The notes: generated by a model from the sequence alone, not told the origin. Positions 47,581-57,618 are shown, counted from the first letter of the stretch. The stretch: 64,000 nt of DNA from Patescibacteria group bacterium (GCA_016926555.1 JAFGOI010000004.1:168996-232995); one strand, 5' to 3'. Numbers and translations are program-made.

Positions 47581-49428
47581 ATGGATTTGAAATTTGATCC
47601 GGACAACCCGAAATATGAATACGTAACCTCATTGGATCAGGCAAACGTTGCGTTAGAAGCATTGGAGAAAGAGCGCGTTGTGGGTGTGGACGTAGAAGCT
47701 AATTCTTTAGACCCGTTTTCGATTATCTTGTTTACAGTTCAGATCGGAACTCCAACCATTTCATATATTTTTGATGCCAGGAAGTTGGATCTGGAGAAAT
47801 TCGAAAGATTCAAGAGCTTGCTTGAAAATCCAAAAACTACAAAGCTTCTTATGAATGCGAAATATGATTACAAGGTACTAAAAGCTCAGCTAGGAATTAA
47901 TATGCGGAATTTGTACGATGTAATGCTTGCTGAGCTCGTCTTAAATGCAGGGATAGGAAGAAAATTTTATAGTCTCAAATATTTAGCCAGTAAATATGTT
48001 CAGGTAATTATGGATAAGGACACCAGAGATAAGTTTATAAAAATGACAAAAAGATCAAATTTATCGGAAGATCTCTTAAGGTATGGAGCTATGGATACAT
48101 TAGTATTATTTCCGATTTTTGAGCAACAGATAGTGAAATTAAAGGAAGAAAAGCTTATTAATGTGGCAAAATTAGAGTTTGCTGCAGTGAGAGTTGTCGG
48201 TGACATGGAACTTAGAGGAATATACATTGATAGTAAAAGATGGAAAGATATTATTAAAAACCTTGAGGACAAAAGAAATATCTATGCGGTACAGTTTCAG
48301 GAGATTATTCGTCCTTATTACAACTATAAGTTAGTCGATTTGTTTGGGAATGTGGGCAATGCGATTAACATAAACAGTCAGACGCAGTTAATGGACCTTT
48401 TTAATAACCGTTTGAATTTTAACATTCCTTCTACGGGAGACTCAATTTTATCGACGGTTGATCACCCCGTAGCTGAAGTGTTGAGGAACTACAGAAAGTA
48501 TGAGAAATTGGTTTCCGCTTTTGGTATTAGCTTACTGGCTAAACTTCATCCCAAGACAAAGAGGTTTCATCCAGAGTTTAACCAAATGGGAACTGCAACT
48601 GGAAGATTTTCCTGTAATAATCCAAATTTACAGCAAATACCGAGAAACACGGAAGAGGCACCTTTTAGGGAGTGTTTCAATCCGGCGAAGGGATATAAGC
48701 TCGTAACCGCGGACTATTCATCTTTTGAAATGAGGATTCTGGCGGAACTCTCAAATGATGCCAAGATGCTAAAGGCTTTAAACGAGGGTTTAGACATACA
48801 CTCCTATACGGCTTCTCTAATGTTTAATAAGCCTTATTCAGCGGATTTTAAAAATAAATATCCGGATTTACGGCAAATAGCTAAACCGATAGGATTCGGT
48901 TTGATGTACGGAATGGGTCCTATAGGTTTGGTAAGCACGTTAGAAATGCAGACGGGTACGGTTATTAGCAAGGATATCGCGGAGGATTATATGGAGAAGT
49001 ATTTCGCCAGTTATCCCAGTGTTCGGGATTTTCTGGAGACTACAGCTAAAAGGGCAGTCCAGCGGGGATGGAGTATGACGCCCGCCGGGAGAAAACGATG
49101 GTTTAATATACCTGATAAAGATGATCCCGATTACAGAAGAAAAATAGCGCAAATAATGAGAGAAGCGAAAAATCATCCGATTCAGGGTACAAATGCTGAC
49201 GCTATAAAATTTGCCCTTGTGTATATTTCGGACAGATTGGAAAAAGAAGGTGTCGATGGCGGGATAACTCATACGGTGCATGACGAAATAGTATGTGAAA
49301 TAAGGGAAGATCAGGCAGAAGACTGGGCGTTGATCCAATCAGAGGAAATGGTGAGAGCGGCAGAGTTATTTATAAGTAAGGTGGAAGTTACATCAGAGCC
49401 TTTCGTCGGGGATGTTTGGGAGCACTAG
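47581..49428 (+). CDS. polA: Family A DNA polymerase with 3'-5' exonuclease and no 5'-3' nuclease
   Basis: ExoI DVE, ExoII NAKYD, ExoIII YGAMD; TGRFSCNNPNLQQIP, DYSSFEMR, K..GFGLMYG, VHDE. Confidence 0.9.
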   Translation: MDLKFDPDNPKYEYVTSLDQANVALEALEKERVVGVDVEANSLDPFSIILFTVQIGTPTISYIFDARKLDLEKFERFKSLLENPKTTKLLMNAKYDYKVLKAQLGINMRNLYDVMLAELVLNAGIGRKFYSLKYLASKYVQVIMDKDTRDKFIKMTKRSNLSEDLLRYGAMDTLVLFPIFEQQIVKLKEEKLINVAKLEFAAVRVVGDMELRGIYIDSKRWKDIIKNLEDKRNIYAVQFQEIIRPYYNYKLVDLFGNVGNAININSQTQLMDLFNNRLNFNIPSTGDSILSTVDHPVAEVLRNYRKYEKLVSAFGISLLAKLHPKTKRFHPEFNQMGTATGRFSCNNPNLQQIPRNTEEAPFRECFNPAKGYKLVTADYSSFEMRILAELSNDAKMLKALNEGLDIHSYTASLMFNKPYSADFKNKYPDLRQIAKPIGFGLMYGMGPIGLVSTLEMQTGTVISKDIAEDYMEKYFASYPSVRDFLETTAKRAVQRGWSMTPAGRKRWFNIPDKDDPDYRRKIAQIMREAKNHPIQGTNADAIKFALVYISDRLEKEGVDGGITHTVHDEIVCEIREDQAEDWALIQSEEMVRAAELFISKVEVTSEPFVGDVWEH

Positions 49429-49430
49429 AC

Positions 49431-49457
49431 GTATCACTCATTGACTTGAAGTGCTAA
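49431..49457 (+). promoter_or_regulatory. CIRCE (HrcA operator) overlapping the clpC promoter
   Basis: GTATCACTC-N9-AAGTGCTAA versus consensus TTAGCACTC-N9-GAGTGCTAA (7/9 and 8/9). It encloses -35 TTGACT; extended -10 TG-C-TAGAAT at 49460-49468. Confidence 0.75.
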
Positions 49458-49475
49458 TTTGCTAGAATATTTCTT

Positions 49476-51575
49476 ATGGTAATGTGTCATAGATGCGGGC
49501 AAAGGCCCGCGAAATACTCTCTTAATAAAGTCGTTGACGGTAAGCAGGTGTATTTAGCTTTGTGTGAGGTATGTTATAGCGCAGTGATGAAAGAGACTTC
49601 CAGCGCAGCAGATAAACTTGATAAGTTCGGTCGGGATTTAACGGAAATGGCAAAGGAAGGCAAATTGGATCCTGTAATTGGAAGAGCGGATGAGATCGAG
49701 AGGGTAATTCATATACTATCCCGAAGAACAAAAAATAATCCGGTTTTAATAGGTGACCCCGGGGTTGGAAAAACAGCTATTGTTGAAGGTTTGGCACAAA
49801 AAATAGTAGCTGGGCAGGTTCCTGAGCCTCTTAGAAATAAGAGGGTATTTGCTCTAGATCTTGCTTCTATTGTCGCTGGAACATCTCATAGAGGTATGTT
49901 TGAGAAACGCCTAAAGGAAATTATTGTGGAGGTAGTTAAAGCAAAAGGGCAGATTATATTGTTCGTCGATGAGCTTCATACAGTTGTAGGGGCTGGGAGT
50001 GCAGAAGGTTCCATGGATGCAGCGAATATACTAAAGCCCGCACTATCCAGAGGGGAACTTCAAATGGTGGGCGCTACTACAATAGATGAGTACAGAAAAT
50101 ATATTGAAAAGGATGCGGCTCTGGAAAGAAGGTTTCAGCAGATTATGGTAAACGAACCTACAACTGAGGATACAATAGAGATACTAAAAGGGTTGCGAGA
50201 GAGATATGAGAAGCATCACAATGTGCGAATTCTAGATGGTGCCATTGAAACAGCCGTTAAGATGAGTGATAGATATATAAGTGATAGATTTCTTCCTGAT
50301 AAAGCTATAGATATTGTTGATGAAGCTTGTGCGTTGGTGAGATTATCTCAGGTAAAAGAGCCTGAAAACCTGAAGAAGGTAGAGGAGGAAATAAATGAGA
50401 TTAAAGATAAACTTCGGGATAAAGATATCAAAGATGAGCAAAGATCAGATTACACGCAAAAATTAGTAGATTTGGAAAAAGTAAAAGGAGAGTTAACAGA
50501 AATCTGGACCCGGACAAAACTTGAGGAAGTTCACGATGTTACTGAGAATCATATTATGCGAGTTGTTTCAAGAGCAACCGGCATACCTTTGGATAAATTG
50601 AGTGTAGCTGAACGTGAGCGTTTATTACATCTAGAAGACAAAATAAAGGAAAGAATTGTCGGTCAAGATGAAGCGGTGCATGTACTCTCTGACGCTATAA
50701 GAAGAGCTAGAGCAGGTTTGAAAGACCCCAAGAGGCCAATTGGATCCTTTTTGTTTTTAGGTCCCACGGGAGTCGGTAAAACTGAATTAGCAAAGACATT
50801 AGCCGAAGCATTATACGGAGATGAAGATATGATAATTCGTTTAGATATGAGTGAGTTTATGGAGAAACACTCTGTTGCTAAGTTAATAGGAGCGCCTCCG
50901 GGATATATTGGTTTTGATCAGGGAGGACAGTTAACGGAAGTTGTTAGAAGAAAACCGTTCTCCGTAATTCTGCTTGATGAAATTGAGAAGGCCCACCCAG
51001 ATACGTTTAATTCTCTTCTACAAATAATGGAAGATGGAAGATTGACAGATAGCAAGGGTAGAACTGTAGATTTTAAAAATACAATTCTGGTACTAACGTC
51101 AAATGTTGGTTCAGAGTTGCTGAGAAAGCAAAATATAGGCTTTGGCGATAATAAAGAAAAATCAAAAGATACTTCGAGAGAGGAGTTTGAGAGAAGGATT
51201 AGGGATTTGTTGAAAGAATCATTTAGACCGGAGTTTCTAAATAGACTGGATGAGGTCATAATATTTACAAGTTTGACGGAAGAGGATGTTGAGGAAATAG
51301 CCAGGAGGTTTGTTGAAAAGGTTAAAGAACTTCTCCAAGAGCAAAAAATCTCCATTAACGTGACTCAGAAGGTGATTAAGCAATTAGCCAAAGAGGGTTT
51401 TAGTTATGAATACGGTGCGCGTCCCCTCAGGAGGCTGATTCAAAAAGAATTGGATAATGTGCTATCCGAAATGCTGATAAAAGGGGAATTAGGTGAGGGG
51501 GATAATGTAAGTGTCAAAGTAGTAGATGGAAAGGTTTCCATTGAAGTTAACGAACCAGTCGAAGTAAAAAAGTAA
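49476..51575 (+). CDS. clpC: Clp ATPase (ClpC/ClpE-like) with N-terminal CxxC...CxxC zinc finger
   Basis: [35 protein letters not shown]; N-terminal CHRC...CEVC. Confidence 0.9.
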   Translation: MVMCHRCGQRPAKYSLNKVVDGKQVYLALCEVCYSAVMKETSSAADKLDKFGRDLTEMAKEGKLDPVIGRADEIERVIHILSRRTKNNPVLIGDPGVGKTAIVEGLAQKIVAGQVPEPLRNKRVFALDLASIVAGTSHRGMFEKRLKEIIVEVVKAKGQIILFVDELHTVVGAGSAEGSMDAANILKPALSRGELQMVGATTIDEYRKYIEKDAALERRFQQIMVNEPTTEDTIEILKGLRERYEKHHNVRILDGAIETAVKMSDRYISDRFLPDKAIDIVDEACALVRLSQVKEPENLKKVEEEINEIKDKLRDKDIKDEQRSDYTQKLVDLEKVKGELTEIWTRTKLEEVHDVTENHIMRVVSRATGIPLDKLSVAERERLLHLEDKIKERIVGQDEAVHVLSDAIRRARAGLKDPKRPIGSFLFLGPTGVGKTELAKTLAEALYGDEDMIIRLDMSEFMEKHSVAKLIGAPPGYIGFDQGGQLTEVVRRKPFSVILLDEIEKAHPDTFNSLLQIMEDGRLTDSKGRTVDFKNTILVLTSNVGSELLRKQNIGFGDNKEKSKDTSREEFERRIRDLLKESFRPEFLNRLDEVIIFTSLTEEDVEEIARRFVEKVKELLQEQKISINVTQKVIKQLAKEGFSYEYGARPLRRLIQKELDNVLSEMLIKGELGEGDNVSVKVVDGKVSIEVNEPVEVKK

Positions 51576-51623
51576 GTTGCAGTTGAAAATATAGGCAAAA
51601 TCTGATAATCTGCTTAGGTTCTT

Positions 51624-52022
51624 ATGACTGAAAAAACTCAAACAACAACTGAAGATATAACTCATCACGAAGATTCAACTCAATCTGTGCCTTCTTGGCC
51701 CGATTTCAGGCCCGGCGACATAGTTAGAGTATTATATAAAATAATAGAAGGCAAAAAGGTAAGAACACAGCCGTATGAGGGCATAGTGATCGCGAAAAAA
51801 GGTTCCGGAGTGTCAAAAACGTTTACAGTGAGACGTATTGGAGTACATGGAATTGGAGTCGAAAGGATCTTTCCGTTTTACTCTCCAAATATAGAAAAAC
51901 TTGAAGTAGTCAAAAGGGGTAAGGTTAGAAGGGCGAAACTATATTACTTGAGAGAGAAAAAGGGAAAAGAAGCTATGCGTGTGAGAGAGCGAAAAACGGT
52001 GAAGAAAGTAAAAAACAAGTAG
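51624..52022 (+). CDS. rplS: 50S ribosomal protein L19
   Basis: [26 protein letters not shown]. Confidence 0.97.
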   Translation: MTEKTQTTTEDITHHEDSTQSVPSWPDFRPGDIVRVLYKIIEGKKVRTQPYEGIVIAKKGSGVSKTFTVRRIGVHGIGVERIFPFYSPNIEKLEVVKRGKVRRAKLYYLREKKGKEAMRVRERKTVKKVKNK

Positions 52023-52079
52023 TCTCTATTAGAAACCTTATTATTAAGTATCCTTGTCATTTCTGATATCATTACTATA

Positions 52080-53435
52080 GTGCGCAAGCTGTCTGTAAAT
52101 AAAATAATTTTCTTAATTTCGTTATTATTGACACTGCATCAATTTACGTATGCTACCATAATTACGTGTGAGGACGGTGAGCCTGGTCTTAACCCAGGGA
52201 GTGTTTGTACTATAGGAGATCCAAGTGTAGTTACGCGTTGCTGTCCCGGTTTGCAGGAGTATGGATGTCGGCATATAGATCCTGGTGCCCCTCCCAATGT
52301 GGGTGTTTGCACTGCAACTTGTTATGGAAATAATCTCGGATGCTATGCCGGCGGGCCAATGACCTGCTGCGGTTACCCAGATTGGGATTGTGAGGTTACA
52401 AATCCTCCGGCAGGCACGGGGATTTGCAGAAGGCAGTGTACAGCGCATTATAACCAATGTGATTGGGAAGACGATGATTGCTGTGATTATCCTGATTGGA
52501 AGTGTCTTTACGAGACCCCCAGCTATGGCCGTTGCTCAGTAACATGTATATATTTAGGTGAATCCGGCTGTTCTTGGGATGTTCCGTGTTGCGATGATGG
52601 AGATCCCAATTATGATTATCTCTGTGATAATGGCACATGCGTGCTAGATGTGGCAGCAACGTGTCATACAGACGCCGACGTTGATTTTCAGTGTAATACT
52701 GATCTTGATTGTTGCGGGGGCTATGTGTGTAATTCTGATGGTGTTATTGCTCGTTGCACTGCTTGTGGCGGATCAAATGCAGTTTGCGATAGTTATCATC
52801 CTTGCTGCGGAGATTATGTTTGTAGAGAAGGTTACTGTGTTTTAGAGTGTGTTTATGAGAATTGTGATGACGACCATCTCTGCTGTGGGCAGTATACGTG
52901 TGAATCAGGAAATTGTGTGGAAGATTGTCTTGGCCATGGCGCTACATGTACGTCTCAAGGTGAGTGCTGCCTTTCTATGGATTTAGAATGTGACTTTTCT
53001 GCGGATCCTTACACAGGGCGTTGTACAACATATTATGAAGGAGATCCAAATGATCCTGATACCTGTTATCACACCGGTTATGCCTGCGATACAAGTTCTG
53101 ATTCGTGTTGCAATTACTTAGGGCTTGATTGTGAGGCATCTCCTTTGACTACGCAGGGTATTTGTACGAACTCTGCTGCAGCAGTACCCTCCGCAGATTT
53201 TACGGAGTTCCTAGGAATTATTAGTACGTTTGTAGATATTGCCTTTTATATAGCATTTGTATTGGGTGCGGCTATAGTTATGAAATCGGGGTATGGATTC
53301 ATTACTAGTGCAGGGGATCCAATGAAGATGAAAGAAGCTCGCGACGACTTCATAAGTGCGGTAACCGGTGTTGGATACGTTGTTTTATCTCGCCCATTGA
53401 TCAATATTTTTATGAGTTCTATGCTGGGTGTGTGA
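52080..53435 (+). CDS. Secreted Cys-rich repeat protein with C-terminal TrbC/VirB2-like pilin hairpin
   Basis: Signal peptide (TYA), nine C-C-CC-C-C modules, then two TM helices with SGYGFITSAGDPMKMKEARD. Confidence 0.8.
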   Translation: MRKLSVNKIIFLISLLLTLHQFTYATIITCEDGEPGLNPGSVCTIGDPSVVTRCCPGLQEYGCRHIDPGAPPNVGVCTATCYGNNLGCYAGGPMTCCGYPDWDCEVTNPPAGTGICRRQCTAHYNQCDWEDDDCCDYPDWKCLYETPSYGRCSVTCIYLGESGCSWDVPCCDDGDPNYDYLCDNGTCVLDVAATCHTDADVDFQCNTDLDCCGGYVCNSDGVIARCTACGGSNAVCDSYHPCCGDYVCREGYCVLECVYENCDDDHLCCGQYTCESGNCVEDCLGHGATCTSQGECCLSMDLECDFSADPYTGRCTTYYEGDPNDPDTCYHTGYACDTSSDSCCNYLGLDCEASPLTTQGICTNSAAAVPSADFTEFLGIISTFVDIAFYIAFVLGAAIVMKSGYGFITSAGDPMKMKEARDDFISAVTGVGYVVLSRPLINIFMSSMLGV

Positions 53436-53438
53436 GAG

Positions 53439-53458
53439 ACGGAAAGCTTTTTTTCCGT
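53439..53458 (+). terminator. Possible terminator hairpin after the pilin-like gene
   Basis: ACGGAAA-loop-TTTCCGT starting 3 nt after the stop; the U-tract is weak. Confidence 0.4.
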
Positions 53459-53556
53459 GAAAGAATTTTCTTACCAAAATGGATATAACTAATTGCTTTT
53501 TGAAATTTACCTACTGCTGTCTAGGTTTTCATACTAGGTCAGGTTATAATTAAAGA

Positions 53557-53967
53557 ATGGTAAATATTCTTGCTTTGCTAAAGTTTCTTTTATTTTTTGG
53601 GCTAATTATTTTTGCATTCACACTTGAGATCTGGTTTAGAAAGTTATATTTCTCTATTACAAAGACTCATTATAAGTCTCATGAATTCACGTTTGGCAAG
53701 TATATATATTTTCTGATCCTTCCGATAATTGTAATCATATATTCTGTTAGTGAGTTTGAGTTTAATTATTTGGGTGTATTTTTAAGCTTTATGTTTTTAG
53801 GTACTTTGGCGGAGTGGTTGATAGGATTCTTCTATCATAAATTAATGGGGCATCGTTTGTGGACTTATAACAAGTTTAGTATTACAAAATACACTAGTTT
53901 CTTATCTATGCCGTTATGGGGATTAGCCGGATTGATTTTCTGGCTTTTTATGAGGATTTTTTTGTAG
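53557..53967 (+). CDS. 4-TM hypothetical membrane protein
   Basis: GTLAEWLIG...RLWTY...PLWG; TATAAT 6 nt before the ATG. Confidence 0.7.
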   Translation: MVNILALLKFLLFFGLIIFAFTLEIWFRKLYFSITKTHYKSHEFTFGKYIYFLILPIIVIIYSVSEFEFNYLGVFLSFMFLGTLAEWLIGFFYHKLMGHRLWTYNKFSITKYTSFLSMPLWGLAGLIFWLFMRIFL

Positions 53968-53987
53968 TTGATGGGGATATGCTAATG

Positions 53988-54623
53988 CTAATAGGATACT
54001 TTACTTAAGTCCATTTCCTTTGAGACATACTCCCATATGTTTTTATGAACTTTTTCAACTGTATCATCTGATTTTACTATGTTCCATTTAAACTTTTCCG
54101 CTAAATTAAGATGTATTTCGCGGTTTTTATTCCATATTTCATTTGGTGAGTCCTCAAATATATGTCCCTTTTCAATAGCTTGAACAAATCTTTTTCCATC
54201 CATCAAAATGGATAAATCGGGTGTCAACAAATAATTATTAACTTTTAAAAGCGATTTTAATGGCAAGCCTTTTGTTACACCCCATGCTAATCCCGTACCT
54301 ATATAATCTTCTGCTACAACATTGATGCCGGCTTTGAGACAGCTTTCCAAGGTTGTTTGAAAGTCTCTCCTGTTTTGTGCGTAGAGCGCTTGCAGTTCCA
54401 AATCAGTTATTTTCTGTTTATTCTTATTTTTTTTAATTATCTGGTATAGTTGGGGTCCCGTAGGTTCCAGAGTGTATATGGGGTATTTTAATATCATAAT
54501 TTGAATATGATACTGTGTTATTAGTTTTTTGGATAATAGATCTATTTGGGTAGATTTGCCGACATTATTTGGACCGTATATTACTATAAAACGACCTCTT
54601 TGTACTATATCGAGATACTTCAC
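53988..54623 (-). CDS. tmk: Thymidylate kinase
   Basis: P-loop GPNNVGKSTQ, KYP, LYAQNR, PDLSILMD. Confidence 0.85.
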   Translation of the reverse strand: MKYLDIVQRGRFIVIYGPNNVGKSTQIDLLSKKLITQYHIQIMILKYPIYTLEPTGPQLYQIIKKNKNKQKITDLELQALYAQNRRDFQTTLESCLKAGINVVAEDYIGTGLAWGVTKGLPLKSLLKVNNYLLTPDLSILMDGKRFVQAIEKGHIFEDSPNEIWNKNREIHLNLAEKFKWNIVKSDDTVEKVHKNIWEYVSKEMDLSKVSY

Positions 54624-54804
54624 TATTGGTTATTGTAACATGGGATAACCAGACCAATAATATACTGATGGGAAAGAGTGTATGTATGTGATTATGGGGA
54701 GATTACAGCATTGATTGTTCGCAGGGTTCGAAAATCCAGTTTAGTTAGATATCGAGCATTTAATAAAATTACCGGTAGTGTATAATCGGAAATATCAGTA
54801 CTGT

Positions 54805-55071
54805 ATGAAAAGCTTAACAATTACTTCCATAACCTTTGATAAAAGTTTAAAAAGCAAGATTATTAGAGCTTTCGGTAAAAAGAAAACTGCAGGTGGTTTG
54901 ATCGTAGAATCTGAATCTGAGAGACCCGTTTTAACGAAGCAGGGAGAAGAACTGCGTTTATCTGAGTTTGGTGGGATAGTAAAGGGGTCCGAGGTCTACT
55001 TAAAATCAGATATAACTTCTCTAATCGAGTTCTACGAGGATAGTGGATTATGGGATTCAGAGAATGGTTAA
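54805..55071 (+). CDS. Hypothetical protein (88 aa)
   Basis: ORF overlapping the next gene by 22 nt. ATG 54805 chosen as start. Confidence 0.65.
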   Translation: MKSLTITSITFDKSLKSKIIRAFGKKKTAGGLIVESESERPVLTKQGEELRLSEFGGIVKGSEVYLKSDITSLIEFYEDSGLWDSENG

Positions 55072-55886
55072 AAGGTCTATTTAAGATCGAAAACCTCACG
55101 TTTTCACCCTCGTTTAAATTGTTTTCAGATAACCAGAAAGAGGAAAATACATACGTTTTGCATCTGGGTGGAGAAAGAACCGAGATAGATACGGAAAATC
55201 AGAAAATTATAATTTCTTCCAGGGATGTAGAAGAAAAATACCTCCCAGAGGTGCTAAATAAACACGGTATACCTATACTTGAAGATGAGTATAAAAGAGA
55301 TGGAGATGAATATGCTCTTCTCGCTAGAGATACTGGTAGTAAGGCGTTTGCAGTTGTGAACTTTTTTAATGGTATCCTAACCAATAACGATATAACAATA
55401 TTAAAGGCCGCTGTTTTTGTACGAAAGGCGAGTGCCCAGAATCCTGAGAAAGTACCAAGAATAAGGCAAGGTATCATAGATAGGTTTGGTCGATACGGTA
55501 ACAATATGTGTAATCTTTTTACAGCTGGTCACTATACAGATTGGTTTATACCAATGTATGAGGAGATGGCCAAAAGAGAGGACTTTACGAATGAGAAATT
55601 TAGAACCCTGCATGAGGATATCGTGTGGAATTATCCATTTGCTGTTTTCGTGTCGACGCATAGAAATGAGGAGGAGACTAGAGAAGAGATAGTAGATAAA
55701 ATTAACCAAATGGAGACTTACGGTATTAAGACACTTTATATACATGGTATTGGAGAGGAAAATATTAGAACAATAAGGAGAGTTGTTGATGAGCTAATTG
55801 AGGAGAAGGGTGATTACTTGCAAAAGACTGTGATTGAGGATGTCCGTTTTATATCTGTAAAGATAAGAAGAATTTCAGTTAAATAG
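55050..55886 (+). CDS. Hypothetical protein with possible Smr-like C-terminal domain
   Basis: C-terminal alpha/beta segment YGIKTLYIHGIG. Confidence 0.65.
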   Translation: MGFREWLKGLFKIENLTFSPSFKLFSDNQKEENTYVLHLGGERTEIDTENQKIIISSRDVEEKYLPEVLNKHGIPILEDEYKRDGDEYALLARDTGSKAFAVVNFFNGILTNNDITILKAAVFVRKASAQNPEKVPRIRQGIIDRFGRYGNNMCNLFTAGHYTDWFIPMYEEMAKREDFTNEKFRTLHEDIVWNYPFAVFVSTHRNEEETREEIVDKINQMETYGIKTLYIHGIGEENIRTIRRVVDELIEEKGDYLQKTVIEDVRFISVKIRRISVK

Positions 55887-56060
55887 TGATACAGTAAGCC
55901 GGTTTGCGATTGCAAAAAGTGTTCTTGATAAATACTATTGAAGTGTGACTATCAATTTTCATGGTGGGGTACGCTGAATAACCCCGAATTGGATTATAAC
56001 TTGATTTTTACTTTCGTTGACATAGATTCAACGATTGTTAGGATAGGTAGTAAAAATTAA

Positions 56061-56858
56061 TTAGACAATTATCGTAGTAGATAAGGGGAAATGGTCAGAA
56101 ACACTATGAAATAATTCTTCCTTGTGAACAATAGTGTCTTTAGTTTTGATATCAGGTGTGTGAAATATATAATCTACCCTTACAAATGGTTCTGTGACCT
56201 TAGCGGGGAACAATTTACTTGGCATTGTTGGACTTGCACTATTGTCAGCGTCTATAAATCCGTTTTTCTTTATAACTTCAACAACTTCACATCGTTGCAT
56301 TTCGTCAATAACCGGTTTTAACTGTTTGTTTAGTTCTTTATTTTCTGCTTCAAATTGATTTCTGATTTTATTTTCGCCTTTTAAATCGGTGTTTGTGAAG
56401 GTATTTAAATCACCATGAATGATTGCTGGTTTTTTTATTTGTTCTAACAATGAACTTACTTCCCTTAGCCGTGTGTCTTCGCTTAGGTCATCGAAGTAGC
56501 ACGTATATATATTCAAATCGTCTAAAACTGTTTCAATATAGTTACGGTTAAATGCACGTATGATATTAAACTGCTTAACTTCCAAATTGGCCATTACAGC
56601 TACACCTACTTCTTTTTCTACACGTGAATCTTCCATATCAACATGAAGAACATGTTTATAACCGAAGGCTTGTTTCAGTTCCTCTATACTAAAGGTATCT
56701 TTCCACTTGAAAGTATCACACAGACCAACGTATTCAGCATTTATTGTTTTTACAGCATCTTTCAATAGTTCGAATCTATTTGTTAATTTCGAAGTCAGTT
56801 CGTAATTTTCAAAGCAACCTGACATTATGTTATAGCTAAGTAGTTTAAATGGATTCAC
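56061..56858 (-). CDS. Endonuclease/exonuclease/phosphatase (EEP) family protein
   Basis: LSYNI, HGDLN, RVDYIF, SDHFP. Confidence 0.85.
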   Translation of the reverse strand: MNPFKLLSYNIMSGCFENYELTSKLTNRFELLKDAVKTINAEYVGLCDTFKWKDTFSIEELKQAFGYKHVLHVDMEDSRVEKEVGVAVMANLEVKQFNIIRAFNRNYIETVLDDLNIYTCYFDDLSEDTRLREVSSLLEQIKKPAIIHGDLNTFTNTDLKGENKIRNQFEAENKELNKQLKPVIDEMQRCEVVEVIKKNGFIDADNSASPTMPSKLFPAKVTEPFVRVDYIFHTPDIKTKDTIVHKEELFHSVSDHFPLSTTIIV

Positions 56859-56874
56859 AGGAAAATTATATCAT

Positions 56875-56949
56875 TGGTGGGGGTGGAGGGGATCGAACCC
56901 TCGACACATAGCTTAAAAGGCTACTGCTCTACCACTGAGCTACACCCCC
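56875..56949 (-). tRNA. tRNA-Lys(TTT)
   Basis: GGGGGTG/CACCCCC acceptor stem, loop CTTTTAA, CCA. Confidence 0.96.
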
Positions 56950-57015
56950 TAAAAAGCGCCAGTAACCTGAAAGATTATACCGTAAGCGGGTATTTTTTTA
57001 AACTATAAGGAAATT

Positions 57016-57294
57016 CTACTTTATATTGATTTTAATTGCCATTCCCTCTGTAAGTGCTTTACCGATTTTTTCGTGTGCGGATGTGATAATTCTCTGGAAA
57101 GTACTCTGTGAGATCTTCATTTGTTCTGCCGCCGCTGTTTGATTTAGCTCCTCGCAATCGGCAAGTCTGACTGCTTCTAATTCGTCATGCGAGAGTTCAA
57201 TTTCTTCCAAGTGGCGCATAGGAACACCTCTTGGTTTGTAATATGTAACCGATGGGTTAAATTGAATATGTCTGAATCTTTTTGGTCTTGGCAT
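57016..57294 (-). CDS. DUF134/UPF0251 HTH protein
   Basis: MPRPKRFR...YYKPRGVP...ELEAVRL.D...QTAAAEQMKISQSTFQR. Confidence 0.9.
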   Translation of the reverse strand: MPRPKRFRHIQFNPSVTYYKPRGVPMRHLEEIELSHDELEAVRLADCEELNQTAAAEQMKISQSTFQRIITSAHEKIGKALTEGMAIKINIK

Positions 57295-57327
57295 AAATGG
57301 AGTATATCAGATTTTTATATTTTTTCT

Positions 57328-57347
57328 GGGGCGGTAAAAACCGCCCC
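57328..57347. terminator. GC-rich hairpin between the DUF5320 and DUF134 genes
   Basis: GGGGCGGT-AAAA-ACCGCCCC, a perfect 8-bp stem. No strong U-tract in the sense direction. Confidence 0.55.
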
Positions 57348-57354
57348 ATATAAT

Positions 57355-57618
57355 TTATTTTTGTAGTTCGATTAAATCTTCTTCAACAGCTTTCATCTCT
57401 TCTTCAAGCATTTTTTTGTAGTCTTTTAAATATTCTAACTGGTCTTCTTTGGTAGGTGGCTTCTGCCAGAAAAATCTTCTTCCGAAACCCCTGCCGGGAC
57501 CTCTTCCAAATCCTCTACCAAAGCCACGTCCATGTGCGTAACCGTCACCACAGGGACCCATTCCTCTTCCAGTCATTGGTCCGTGACCCATAGGTCCTGT
57601 TCCGTCAAAATATGGCAT
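57355..57618 (-). CDS. DUF5320-like Gly/Arg-rich protein
   Basis: MPYFDGTGPMGHGPMTGRGMGPC, GRGF repeats, C-terminal coiled coil; SD AAGGAGGT. Confidence 0.85.
   Translation of the reverse strand: MPYFDGTGPMGHGPMTGRGMGPCGDGYAHGRGFGRGFGRGPGRGFGRRFFWQKPPTKEDQLEYLKDYKKMLEEEMKAVEEDLIELQK

Noticed and set aside
52167-53165. CRISPR array or DNA tandem repeat in the Cys-rich region
   Set aside because: The repetition is at the protein Cys-spacing level only. There are no identical DNA repeats with spacers and no cas genes in the window.
54713-54740. tRNA fragment or att site (GGGTTCGAA) upstream of the two-gene module
   Set aside because: No complete T-arm or acceptor stem, and no match to the tRNA-Lys 3' end.
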